Assembly: GCF_021869535.1 (NCBI RefSeq)
Contig: NW_026262745.1
Location: 23,002,001-23,066,000, forward strand
Direction of reading: 5' to 3'
Length of the DNA stretch: 64,000 nt
Source: Mytilus californianus
Taxonomy: Eukaryota
This document shows, piece by piece, positions 50,701-62,700 of this stretch. Positions within the stretch are counted from its first letter, which is position 1. Every line of letters begins with the position of its first letter. Position numbers and translations under genes: made by a program. Below the pieces are notes generated by a model that saw only the letters and a program-made list of their open reading frames with translations, ran no database searches and was not told the DNA's origin.

Positions 50701-53700
50701 TTTAAAGTGTCATATATTGATATTGCAATAAGAAAATTACAAGCACAATATACATACATAATAAAACAACCAGTATCACAAAAACATCTGACTTGCGAGA
50801 CACTATGTATCATTGTATACAAATGACAAGAAATCTACATGTTTCATCTTGAAATTAAGTGTTTTTAACAAAGTTATCACGCAAAGTTTATAAGAATCTT
50901 ATTTATGTTTATAGCTCATTACCAGAATGGGGAACCATTCTTTCCTCAGGGGTTCAAATTTGAACAAAAAGGTATGTCACGGTTAGTAGTGATGAGGAAG
51001 TCGGACGGTAAAATAATCGCCAGTATTAAAGCAAAACCTTTCTTCGTAACTCATCAGGTGAGCTATCTGAATAAAACCTCAATAGTTTTACATTGTCTTT
51101 TTCAATGTTTAGTTGATATTGTCATCCAATTGATTCACTCTTTTAAAGGGGCATAAGCTACGAGATATAAAAAATCTTTAATGAAAGTGAATTAGTTTTA
51201 CAGCCAGTTTAGTTCAATATTGTCAAAATAAGCTACGAAACATCGGTGATGAATTATTCACTTGCAAGTGAATAATTCGACATCATTGAATCCGTATTAA
51301 TGTGACCTTCAATTTAACCCATTAGCTAGAGATTGGTCCCGCATGTATTAGTCGTGATCAGCCATTAAAAGGAAAAGAATGTCAACATTGAAAGTGAAAC
51401 AAAGATGAACCATTTCGTTGACTGACTCGATCAACAAAATTACATGTATATTTTGTTTAAAGTAGGAAACAGAACATATAATGGGACAGCAACCCAACGT
51501 CACAAATAATCAAAATATATTATGTCCTCAATCAAACATTGAAATCGATAACAATAATTAGCGACATGGTTTGGAAACAATTGTGTTTTAGATTTTCTGT
51601 ATGACTAGTGGAAACAGACAAAACCGTTGTGCGAGGTCACAGAAATTTGTTTAATGTATATGTCATTTTGATTTTTAGCTTGGATCGTATGAAGATGGTG
51701 AATTGATACATATGGATATGTTAATGTATGATGACGCCTCTATATATGACAGGACGACATATATTACTAGTCTTATGGCTAATGTAAGTTTTATATACCA
51801 ACGGTCTGTTCCTAATATAAAATAACTACGCGACAGTTTATAGATGAAAATTATTTGAATTCAAGAATTGAAAAAAGTGTTCCATTGAAATCCATTATTA
51901 TCGTTACTCGGTCAGTTACTTTATTATAATAAGTACCGGTACGTAATCGGATTTGTTCTGTTCAGGGAATTCCCATTATACTTTTTGTGTTTTACATAAA
52001 TTTGAAATTTTGAAAAATTGAAATATTATGTTAGAGATTTGAATCAATATATATCATGACAGACCTGTTCCTTTTAACCATTATATTCTATTGTAGACTC
52101 CATACACTACTAATGTAACAAGAATAACTATTAATACAACTGACTGGACAGCAATGTTTAAGAATCTCCGTAGTGGTTCTCCTGCTGCCTTTGAAATGTC
52201 AAACATCAACTATGCATACAATGGTAGGAAATATACGTATGCTTATATGAGTAGGAATTTCGACAGAGCGGACATAAATGCTGTGACTAAGGTACTTTTC
52301 ATAATTTCTTCAAACTTCTTTCTGCAACGCTACTATATTCCAAGAGATTGTTTGCTCTAATCATCAAAATATTATTAATTAAGTTCGTACTTTGCTAGCT
52401 TTTTTGGAAGTTTTTCTCTTGATGGACAAGAAAGATTTGACTAATAATTAAAATGTAAAATCTACAAAAAAAAAATGTACCTCTTGAACGTCAATTTAAG
52501 AATATGATGTCCAGTATTTGATATGTCTCTTTATACATGTATGAGATTTAAAACAATGCAACACGTGTTCATTAGACTGCTGCTTTTTTTCGATTTTTAG
52601 TTCAAAACAGTCAGGAACCTGTTGTTCAGTGGTTGTCGTTTGTTGATGTAGTTCTTAAGTGTTTCTCGTTTCTCGTTTTTTATATAGATTAGACCGTTGG
52701 TTTTCCTGTTTGAATTGTTTTAAACTAGTCATTTGGGGCCCTTTGTAGTTTGCTGTTCGGTGTGAGCCAAGGCTCCGTGTTTGACCTATGATTTTTTACT
52801 TTTTACACATTGTGACTTGGATGGAGAGTTGTCTCATTGGAACTCATACCACATCTTCTTATTTCTATGTCGAATAGATTTTGTATTAGTGATGCCTTTT
52901 ATATGTTTTACCTTTTAATCTTATACAGTTAAATGTGGATACTGGTGTTGAAACGGAATATGTTTTCCCGGAGGGAATGTTTGTTCAAGAACCTCAATTT
53001 GTGTCCCGACCTAATTCAACAGCAGAAGATGATGGCGTTTTACTAGCACAAGGGGTCGATGGAACAAAACATAAAGGTAAACTGTAATCAAGTGCTGTGT
53101 CAACGGGGAACTTTTTATGCGGAAAATTAATTCCTCTTTTTGAATAAGATTTTGTTTTTCAGTCGTCATCTATTTGAGCAGGAGTTTTGTAAATTATCTA
53201 TTTCATGTGGGTTTTGTTTCATTGTGGATGTGTCTTTTTTTCTTTACAAAATAAAATATAACCCTTTTTTCTTAAAATGCGAAGACTGTGTGGTTAATTT
53301 TGACACTTCTGATGCTGCTACAATTCTATTAGAATTGAAAAAAAAGTTTAAAAGCTTTAAAGGGATTTAGATTTCAAGGTTTCTTTAATTGTTTTTTAAT
53401 CATTTTATTACAAACGTCATTTTAGTCTGATTAATTCAGAGGAAGGCTAATCAAAAGAAATATCATTCAAAGACATTGTTTGGTCATATAAACAACAGGC
53501 AAAAGATATGATTATATGAGTTAATGGTAAAAGACTCTTGACCAGCATACATTTTATAGGAACAGTTATAACCTCTTAATATACATCAATATTATGCTCA
53601 TAAATCCGTATTTATTTCAATTCCTTTAGATGAATGAACTAAAACCTCTTGATTTAACTTGATTTAAATTTGTAGACAAATACATTATCTAGAAAATAGC

Positions 53701-54314
53701 ATTGCTGCATGATCATTTGAAGAATGACATTTGGATTTTTTACAGCATTCCTCTGTGTAATTGATGCCAAGACAATGAAGTTGATATCTCACGTAACAGC
53801 ACCAGATATAGCTTTATTGGGATTACATAATAGGTATATATACATTATAATTTAATTCTATAATGGAAGTGTTTAGCTTCAATCCATTTCAATTTTCTAA
53901 TTCGTTCCCTAAATTGATTGTCATTTTCTAGGAAGAAAAACGATTTTATTGTAAATTAACCTTTTTTTTCACTAATCGCTCAAATACTTTATTCCATCTA
54001 ATGCTCTGAAAGTCACAAAATTTCAATAATATATTACAACATCTAAAATGCTGAATTACATTTCTTTCCTACATACATTATTTGTCATAACTTAAAAGTT
54101 TGATCATTTGCTCTTATGGTTTGTATTTACCCCCATGGTTATTTAATCGTCTAATCTTTTTTTAACGAATGTGATATTTAGAAGGGATAAGGTGAAAATT
54201 TATACTAGCATTTATCATGTTTATAACTATCAAATATATATTTTTTACAGATTTTTTGGTCTGGAGGTTGGAAACTCTTCTGTTGGTTCAGCGGAAATAA
54301 TAGGAAAAAGATAA
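44757..54314 (+). CDS. Carotenoid cleavage oxygenase (RPE65/BCO family) with predicted signal peptide, 11 coding exons, 558 aa
   Basis: Coding exons 44757-44922, 45573-45720, 47938-48031, 48415-48725, 50074-50288, 50915-51057, 51679-51783, 52097-52291, 52929-53076, 53746-53833 and 54251-54314 (TAA). Total 1677 nt, all GT-AG, phase-consistent, no internal stop. Family motifs: GTIPTWLNG, HLFD, AMTE, PAHEH, YLHSF, FVTHQ, FEMSNIN, GRKYTYAY, QEPQFV, AEDDGVLL, IDAKTM and GLHNRF. Confidence 0.93.
46150..46520 (+). mobile_element. Penelope-like element RT C-terminal fragment (intron 2 of the oxygenase gene)
   Basis: Reads ERNLCITEKL..GFR*HKLVKTFTKFYHRYKDIIRKY..GISHPIFYGNILYKAQK..LNRLILKGYSYD, followed by family-A-like flanking sequence to ~47125. 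Confidence 0.6.
52610..52866 (-). repeat. Interspersed repeat family A copy (intron 8)
   Basis: Reverse complement of the 18770 copy. Confidence 0.85.
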
Positions 54315-54744
54315 CAACAAAAATAGTTTATAGCAGAGAGAACGTTTTCAAATTTGTAACACTACATATAGTTGTGATCTATCCATAAGAATTGCCAAAT
54401 AGTGTTCATTTAGAATATATTTTTAACTTTTAATAAAATTTCGCTATTTCATAATCATTATCATTTTCCTTATTTGTCACATATATGTATGACGTTGTTA
54501 TTATTAGAGATTGCAAACTACTAAAATTATTGTTTTTCCATAAGCAACAATAGTAGGTTTTCTCAAGAAGCAGGATTAGGAAAGCTTATTTTTAGAACAA
54601 ATCTTTGATATAATTATCCATTTTTTAGTCCAAAAGTATATGTTCTCGTTGCTTTTCTCAACTCTTTTTTGAGTTATCTCCCTTGCCTAACAATTCTGCA
54701 CTAAAACCATGTTTAGTCACATTTTACAAAATACTTCCTATAAA

Positions 54745-55075
54745 AATAAGAAGGTTTTGTATGATTGCCAGTGAGAAAACTCTCCACCAGAGACCCAAAA
54801 TGGCGTGGAAGTTAGCAATTATAGGTCACTGTACGGCCTTCAACAATGAGCAATACCATCGTTGTAATATGGAAAGCTATAAAAGATCCCGAAATGACAA
54901 ATGTAAAACAATTCAAACGAAAAAACTAACGGCCTGATATCTGTTCACAACAATAAATGATAATCAAATATGATATACAGCAACAAACGACAACCACTTG
55001 GGACAGAATAATATATATTGTGGCGGGGTTAAACATGTTTGTGGGTGCCCCAACCCTTCGCCTTACCTGTGAGTT
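54745..55075 (+). repeat. Interspersed repeat family A copy
   Basis: tgtatgattgccagtgagaaaactctccacc..gtacggccttcaacaatgagc..aaacgacaaccact..gcggggttaaacatgttt. Confidence 0.8.
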
Positions 55076-56096
55076 CCTTTGGGCTAAGAACACTATGTTA
55101 TTTTGCCTTTGGAACAGTTCACGCGATGCCTAGTAAAAATAAATGTCGGTAGTAGACAACGACCAATCAGGATTAACCATTCTTTTAATTCTGAATACCA
55201 TGATATCTTCAAAGGCTGCGGCAAAGTTACTCAATTATTTATTGTAACCTAGAAGATGGAAACAACCAGAACTAGAAATAAAAAAGAGCATTCAAGCGAG
55301 ACAAATCAAAGATAGCCAGGCAGAATTAAAGACAAAAAAGGAAATACGTATACAATTACGAAACACTCTAGGCTATTCAAAATGACATCGCACCTGACCT
55401 CCCCCCCCAAATAAAAACAAACAGAAATCCAAATTAAAAAGAAATAATAATTTAAAAAACACAGAAAAAAACGGGAATGTCATAAAATGAACCGGAGTAC
55501 GTAAACATGGGTTTTTCTTTGCATGCGTTTTTGTTAATTAGAAATGAAGAAGTTCTTTTTCCAATTTTTCTCTTTTTTTGTCAATAAGTTGGCATTGAAA
55601 ATGTTTAGAACTAAGAAATTATATCTATTTATATCTATTTCTATACAGGAAATATATATGCCCCCACATCGCCCTAATGAACTTAAATTTAACAATGAGA
55701 ACACTATGCTCATATTTTATGTCTAATTTAAAAGGTAGGTGTATATGTTTCATTTTTTGTAATTAGGGTATGCGTCACTTGATATAAAATGCACTACTGA
55801 ACACTATTGTTTGGGAGTCTTAAGTTTACTATTTTTATAAAACTTAACATGGACAGTAGATCAATAATCAAATAAGTAAGTCATTGTTTTGTTTTTTATG
55901 CTCAAATATTTACGATAAAATATAATTCTGAAACTTTTTGCTATGAAAGATAAAATGACAAATTGATATTATCTGAAATGGATCAAACAATCATGAAATG
56001 TTTTTTAAAAGTACATTACAATGAAGAAATACAATGTTGCATTCGACTATATCAGTTTTTACATACACATTAACTTTTTAATGTAAATGCTAGTAA

Positions 56097-56386
56097 GGGA
56101 GCTACCATTTGATTTTTATGGGGGGGGGGGGGGGGGGGGGGGGGGGGGGCTAGGTTGAAATTTGAAAAAAGGCAGGACGGGAGTTTTGAGTAAAAAAAAA
56201 GGCATAATGAGCAACTTTGCAAAAAAAAGGCCGGATGACATTTTATGTAAAAAAAGTTAGGATAAAATGATAAAAAGAAAAGGCAGGACTGAATAGAGTG
56301 AAAAATAAATAGGCAGGACAGAGATTACAACTAAAAAAAATGCAGGACAAAATTCCCCCCACCATAAAAATCAAATGGTAGCTCCC
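56097..56386. mobile_element. Tourist-like (PIF/Harbinger) MITE, 290 bp
   Basis: Perfect TIR gggagctaccatttgatttttatgg / ccataaaaatcaaatggtagctccc with a TAA duplication at 56094-56096 and 56387-56389. Contains an internal poly-G run. Confidence 0.9.
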
Positions 56387-56711
56387 TAATATACATGTGA
56401 AATATGATATCGACTTCAGTGCACAAACAAGTTTGTAAACGAAATATCTAAGGGTACTTATATCCACAAAAGACATCAGTGCCATTCTCCGATGCAAACT
56501 GTAAAAAATCAACAAACACAATCTGCCTCAATATTGATACTGTGAGAACATGTACAGTATCAGGTTATGCTAGCACCAGCTCGACACTAAAGTGAAATAG
56601 GAACAAAATAAAAATATAATATCTTACAACATTTTGAATAAATTCTGCAACGCACCAACCATGAAAATAATAATTTTGTTGTTATACAGCATCTGTTAAA
56701 CACAGGTAAGA

Positions 56712-59700
56712 ATGCAACATAAATGGAGAAAACCTGTCCTGTTTGGGTTTGGAGTTGCAGTAGTTTGTTTAATGATATTTCTGGAAAGTTTTCATCCATC
56801 ATTGACAAATATACAGTACAGAAAATACCAAGATAATCTTAAAGAAGTGAGTTGTATGTTTTTGAATATGCTTAACATATATTTAGAACACACAAACTTT
56901 TATGAATTTGAATTGATTGCGTCTGACAGTTAGTAGAAACCTTAAAGAAAGGTCATTTATTGTTAGAGGAAACACCCAAAGCTGTAAATTACAGAGTATT
57001 TAAAGACAATTTTAGTTCTGAGGTTTATTTACATATTTTAGATAACAAAAATCTAGTATAATTTTGCAGATTTAGAACGGGCAAATCATAAATTACCTTT
57101 TGAAGCTGGTAGATGGTATAACACCTACAAACAAAACAGAAACTGTACTTTGTGTAGTAAAAATGAAATTGGGGACGAGTTTCACTTTATCTTGGAATGT
57201 CCATTTTTTGAACAGGAGAAGAAATTAACATACACAAATATAGTTAAACCAGACCAAATATTTTAAAGCATAAAATATTGATTTCAGCAAAAAAGAAAGC
57301 AAGGCTTATTAAACTTTGCAAATTCACAGCAAACAACTATGAAATTGTTTGACACAAAACATTATAATATTAATTGCTGTGACAGAATCAAATTAATAAT
57401 CTCGAAAGTAGCTAAATCCGTCAATGAAATGAAACGTAATTTCGTAAATATTAAAAAATCTCAATATTTTTTAAATTTCAGGTAATAACAAACGGTAAAA
57501 TCTCGGCAATTCTCTGAAATAAATTCTATCAAAAACTTTGATTTTCCCGCCCTTTACACCACCAAGAACTTGCAGCAGTTACACAGACTATTAAACGTCA
57601 TAGGTGTTTGAGCAAAAAATGAATGAGCTAGGGTTTTGTCAAAGAACGTCTCGTTCTTTTGCTCAAAAAGTTCATCGGGAAGTACCAAGAACTAATAGAT
57701 AAATATTCAGTTTCTACTTCAAAAATAAATACAAGATGGTCTTGAGCTATTGATTCGAGGTACTGAAATTGTGTATTTTTTTTATTTACTTTACATTTTT
57801 CCTTTTATTTGTGTTCTTGCTATTTCCTGCAAAAACTTTTTAATCTGCGTCCTTGTCAATTTACTATCACCTACACATTTTTGTTGGCGTCTTTGTCAAA
57901 TTTACTATTTGTCAGACACCTATTCTTGTTTGCTGGTACTTTGAATTTTTCAATACTTTGAATGAATTAATACTTTTGTAACTCATTCTTCAGTACAACT
58001 AAACAGATAACTTCATATTTGGTGAGCAGCTTGGTAGTGATGTCTTGTAACGTGTTAGCGATTTTGGGATCTGTCAGACACATTCTTTCTGTTTTTCGAA
58101 ACTTTGAATAACTATTTGGGTTTGGTTAGCACTAAAACGCAGTCAACTTTTTGTTTATTTACAGAATCTATTGTTTAAACCAGTCAATGACACCAACTGC
58201 ATATACACAGTAAGTACCGAAATGTTAGTACTGAAAAAAATGAAGGAGGAGTGCATTACTCGTGTTCACAGACTTGGCACCAACTGTACGCTTGTTTATT
58301 TTTGTTGGGAACATGACGTCAAAGTCAAAATCAACTGTTGAAAAGAAACTACTGAAATCGTTAGAAAAATATTTTTCATTGACAAATTAAATGATCGGTT
58401 AAATTGTATTTTTTAGATGAAAGTTTAAAAATTCAAACCCAATTTTCGTTTAAATTTCGTGATGATGATGCTTATCTCTGAAGGAAACACAGTCAAACAT
58501 GAATTAAAATTATATATATTTTTTTTACAGTTAGATGAATGGATAGATCGTGATGTTGAAGGGAATTTTATAATACCCCGAGATGATGTTGTGAAGTTGT
58601 TACCTCATAATATAGCCGAGTGTTTATTCAGAAGGTATACATTGTAACACAGGTAGAGAGTATTTTTCTAAACCGATTGTTTTCCTCAGTAGTCGTTACA
58701 CAAAGACAAATTAAAATTTTGTTACGCTATGGCACACGATGACTATTAGTCGTGTTTCATGGAGTACAGAACATCTAAGGGAGTTAACTATTTAGAAATC
58801 AGCTGAACGTTTTAATCACATACCATTAGTAAGAAGATATCAAGCTTCTCAATGATTAAAAATAGTGTTTGTCAAACTGCTATATATCCAATGAAATTAT
58901 TCCTGTAAATTGTGTGGTTCAAATTTCTTGATTTTTTTTATATTTTTGTCAAAAGATCAAGGGAAATATTTTGTAAACATTTTATGAAAATTAAACGAGC
59001 CAAATCTATTTTAATCAAAGTGTTGGGTACCCCCTTAAAACAATGTTATTTGGCTAACATGCAATTCAGAATATGTTTGACCTTAGTTCATCAAATAACA
59101 AGAATAGGAAATAACGTGTATCCCTTTTCACCTTCAAGACTGTTTAAAAAATAAAATAATCATGTAGAGGAAGTCACAATCTATGTGCTGCGATAAAACG
59201 AATGTTCATGTCGAGAAGGATGCACGGATATGATTGATTGCTGTTTCCTTAAAGTCTCGGATTGAATTGCCCTATTCCTTCCTGGCGTGACTATGCATTT
59301 ATATATCCTAGACTGTCAAAACAGGTTCATCCAACGAAAGAGGTTAGGGTGGCCATATTTCATTACATTTCAGATTTCAGCTTCCTAATTGTGAACTTTC
59401 CATTTCTATGTAGCAACATTCCATCAGCGCTTGCATACGGAGTAAATATCTCTCAGTTGATACGATATTCCAGGGCTTGTATTTCCTATTATGATTTCCT
59501 TGGTAGAGGATTGCTGCTCACTAGGAAGCTATTAAACCAAGACTTCCATGTGGTGAAGTTGAAATCATCCCTTCATAAATTTTACGGACGCCATCACGAG
59601 TTTGTTAACAGTTATGGAATATCCGTTTCACAGATGATAGCGGATATGTTCCAATTGTCGTAACTACAATCCCATCCCCTTTTCCCCGAATGTGACCTAC

Positions 59701-62700
59701 CGAATTAGACTTATTACCGGGTTTGTACTAACATGAGCAAATCGACGGGTGCCACATGTAGAGCAGGATCTGCTTACCCTATCAGGAGCACCTGAGATCA
59801 CCCCATTTTTTGTGGGGTTCGTGTTGCTCAGTCTTTAGTTTTCTATGTTGTGTTTTGTGTACTGTTGTTTGTCTGTTTGTCTTTTTCTTTTTAAGCCATG
59901 GCGTTGTCAGTTTATTTTGGACTTATGAGTTTGAATGTCCCTTTGGTATCTTTCGCCTCTCTTTCATGTACCAGAGCCAAGTGACGCTACCCAGGAGATA
60001 TGTTGCTACATTTGTTTGCTACACTGTTCAATGAATTGCTCTAAAAAGTATAACAGGTCGTCTGTTGACTTCTATCATCAGTATCTTATATTAAATTGCA
60101 GATTCAAATCCATAGCTAACAATCAGAAATCAGTCCTGTATTGAACATATTGTATGTAATAATATACATATCTTACCGATACTATTGCAAAATATCACAA
60201 TTGCATGAAATTGTTCCTGATTTGAAGATATTAATACTAGAAAATCTATTTATGAAAAATACAGTCAAGAAGAAGATCATTTAATAAAGTAAAATTTCAA
60301 AATCTTTTCAAGTCTGATTATTAATAAAAGTACATTGAGACATATCCAAAACAGATTCAGATGATGTTATATTACCCGTTTTATGTTTTTAGTCATATCC
60401 CAAAGTGAGAAACTGGACAAAGTAGCGACCATTCCAGCGCTGTTTATATATCATAAACCATGGTACTAAAACCAAGGTTGCAATATTTTCAGGGAAAGTT
60501 CACCCTAGACCTTGTTTAAGATTTGTTGGTGTTGATGCTCAGATGTTTGCTGTCCACACATAAGTCGCGAGCGTGCTTGATGAGAGGTTTTACAGAAATA
60601 CGTGTCGTACGCGTGTTTTTTTTTAACCATCAGCCGTATTTATTTTTTTAAGAAAATTATGTGACTTTTTTTTTAATTAAGTCGATCTTTTAAAATATTT
60701 CTAGATATACTACAACTCTACAGACTTATTGTGCTAAACGTAGCCATCATGGTCAATTGGAACATAGTTGGAATTTTTGTATTGATGGCTGTTATAAACC
60801 AAACAGTAATACAAAAGTTATTGCATTCAGGTAATAATACAATCTTGCCTAAGTTTCTAGAAGCATTCTTAAGGTTTTAACAAATATCAGCAAAATAATT
60901 GAGTATTCATGATTGTCGATCGGTTCTGAGAAAATAGCTTGAAAAGAATGGTGATTTATTTCATCTATTAAGTTAGATCGAGGAATATAGTAGTATTATT
61001 AGCTTTTCATTTGGAATCTCGAAGAAAATAAATTCTCGTTTGAATTGTTTTACATTTTTCTTTTGTAGCTAACTATGCGGTTTTAGTTTTGCTCATTGTT
61101 GAAGACCGTACGATCTATAGGTGCTACCTTCTACGTCATTTTTTTTTATCTCTTATACTAGTTGAAAATTGACTCATTGACAATCACACCACATCTTCTT
61201 TTTTTTTATGAAACAATATATGCTAATGTCATTTAGTTCTTAAAATGAAAGAAAACTTCTGGTTTTCACCAATTATTGTTATATATGTATAGAAAGGCGA
61301 CCAAATATAAGATTTATTACACAAATATTACGTAATGAAATACTTATTGTTCTTCTGACACTTCTTAACAGTCTATAATGAGGACAGTGACAATTGGTCG
61401 TACGTCCCTGCAACTCTAGTACCTACCCTATATCTAATTCCAGACGTCCTCTGTTTTAAGAAAAAAAAAAACAGTTAACAATAATTGTTTGGTCCACAGA
61501 TTATTCATTTAAAAGGAGCAATTAAATATGTGCTTATATACAACATTAAAGGATTTGAGTACCTCCATACGTTTATGTAAAAATGTAGCTTACAGTCCGA
61601 ATTAAAGCAGCTATAGGACAAAATATAATGATACACCACTCATCATATATAATGTATGGTTCAGTGGTTGTATGGTTATAAATTCCATTTCAGCATTCGT
61701 GACGACTATCCAAACGCTTATGGTCTTTCGGCTTTCTTTAATAGTACTGCATATCGATTTAGTCCGAGGTAAGATATGTAAATTAATATACAATATAATA
61801 TGAACCTCGTTTTTCTACTGTACCGTAGCGAGTACAAATAATCAAATGGTTTTTTTTTAATAAACTTTGACCCTTCAATATTGAGCTTAATTTTATTTCC
61901 ATCCGTTGTCTTTTTTTTAGATATCGACATGGCTTTAACGCGGACCGCGATTAGGACCCAAGTGCATCAGTAAAAATAACAAACAAAAACTAAATCCAGA
62001 ACAATGCGGAATCATAGTTACTGTGGTTTTTAGTAATATCCTGGATCTAACTTGGAATAACAATCAATCCAGAATCCTCCTAGTATATCTCAATTTCTAC
62101 TAGTAGTTATTAATATTCTGATTCATACTACATTGTAATTAGTAATCAAAGTACTGAAGTACTGAACATCGGATGACCGCAAGTTCTTGTGGATTGTCAA
62201 AAGCACTTGTCACAGAAAAAAATCACATCTCTATACCTGAAACTGAGGTTAATGTACAGAGATATTTTTTTTCTGAGACAAGTTCGTGCGTGGATGATGA
62301 ATAAATGACAGGAAATTCAACCTCACCGTAATAACTATTATATTGTAGTGATACAAATCAGTATACACTGGTTTGTTGTTATATATTATATTTTCATCCA
62401 TTTGTATATCATTCTATTCTACTACTCTAATAAAAGTGCAAAGCAAGTGCATGGTGGACACTCTTCTGTAAAAATTCGATTTTTCTAAAAGATTGAATAT
62501 GAGTAGGCATTCATATTTCCCGCAAAAACAATCTTCAATGCAGAGTTACCGGTCCTTGTCGGGATTGTCGCAAAATGTTCTTGAGATATTCTTCCGCATG
62601 CTTTACCATATCAATGATTTTTTACTTATATATATATATCTAACGACAAAACATTTTCATATAATTAATTTATGTTCTAAACAAAAATATTGTTATCAGT

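Noticed and set aside
53834-53857. Alternative oxygenase ending by reading through the exon 10 donor (NRYIYIII*)
   Set aside because: Splicing to 54251 uses a strong acceptor and gives GLHNRFF, closer to the family GLHGxF terminus. Intron retention cannot be excluded without RNA data.
59262-59663. 133-aa ORF as a host gene or exon
   Set aside because: It is a Penelope-like RT fragment followed by its repeat tail.
61921-61969. Candidate extra exon (YRHGFNADRD*DPS) after a strong acceptor
   Set aside because: It has an in-frame TAG when joined to exon 61694-61768, and skipping it gives an open, motif-consistent protein. It could at most be a poison exon.
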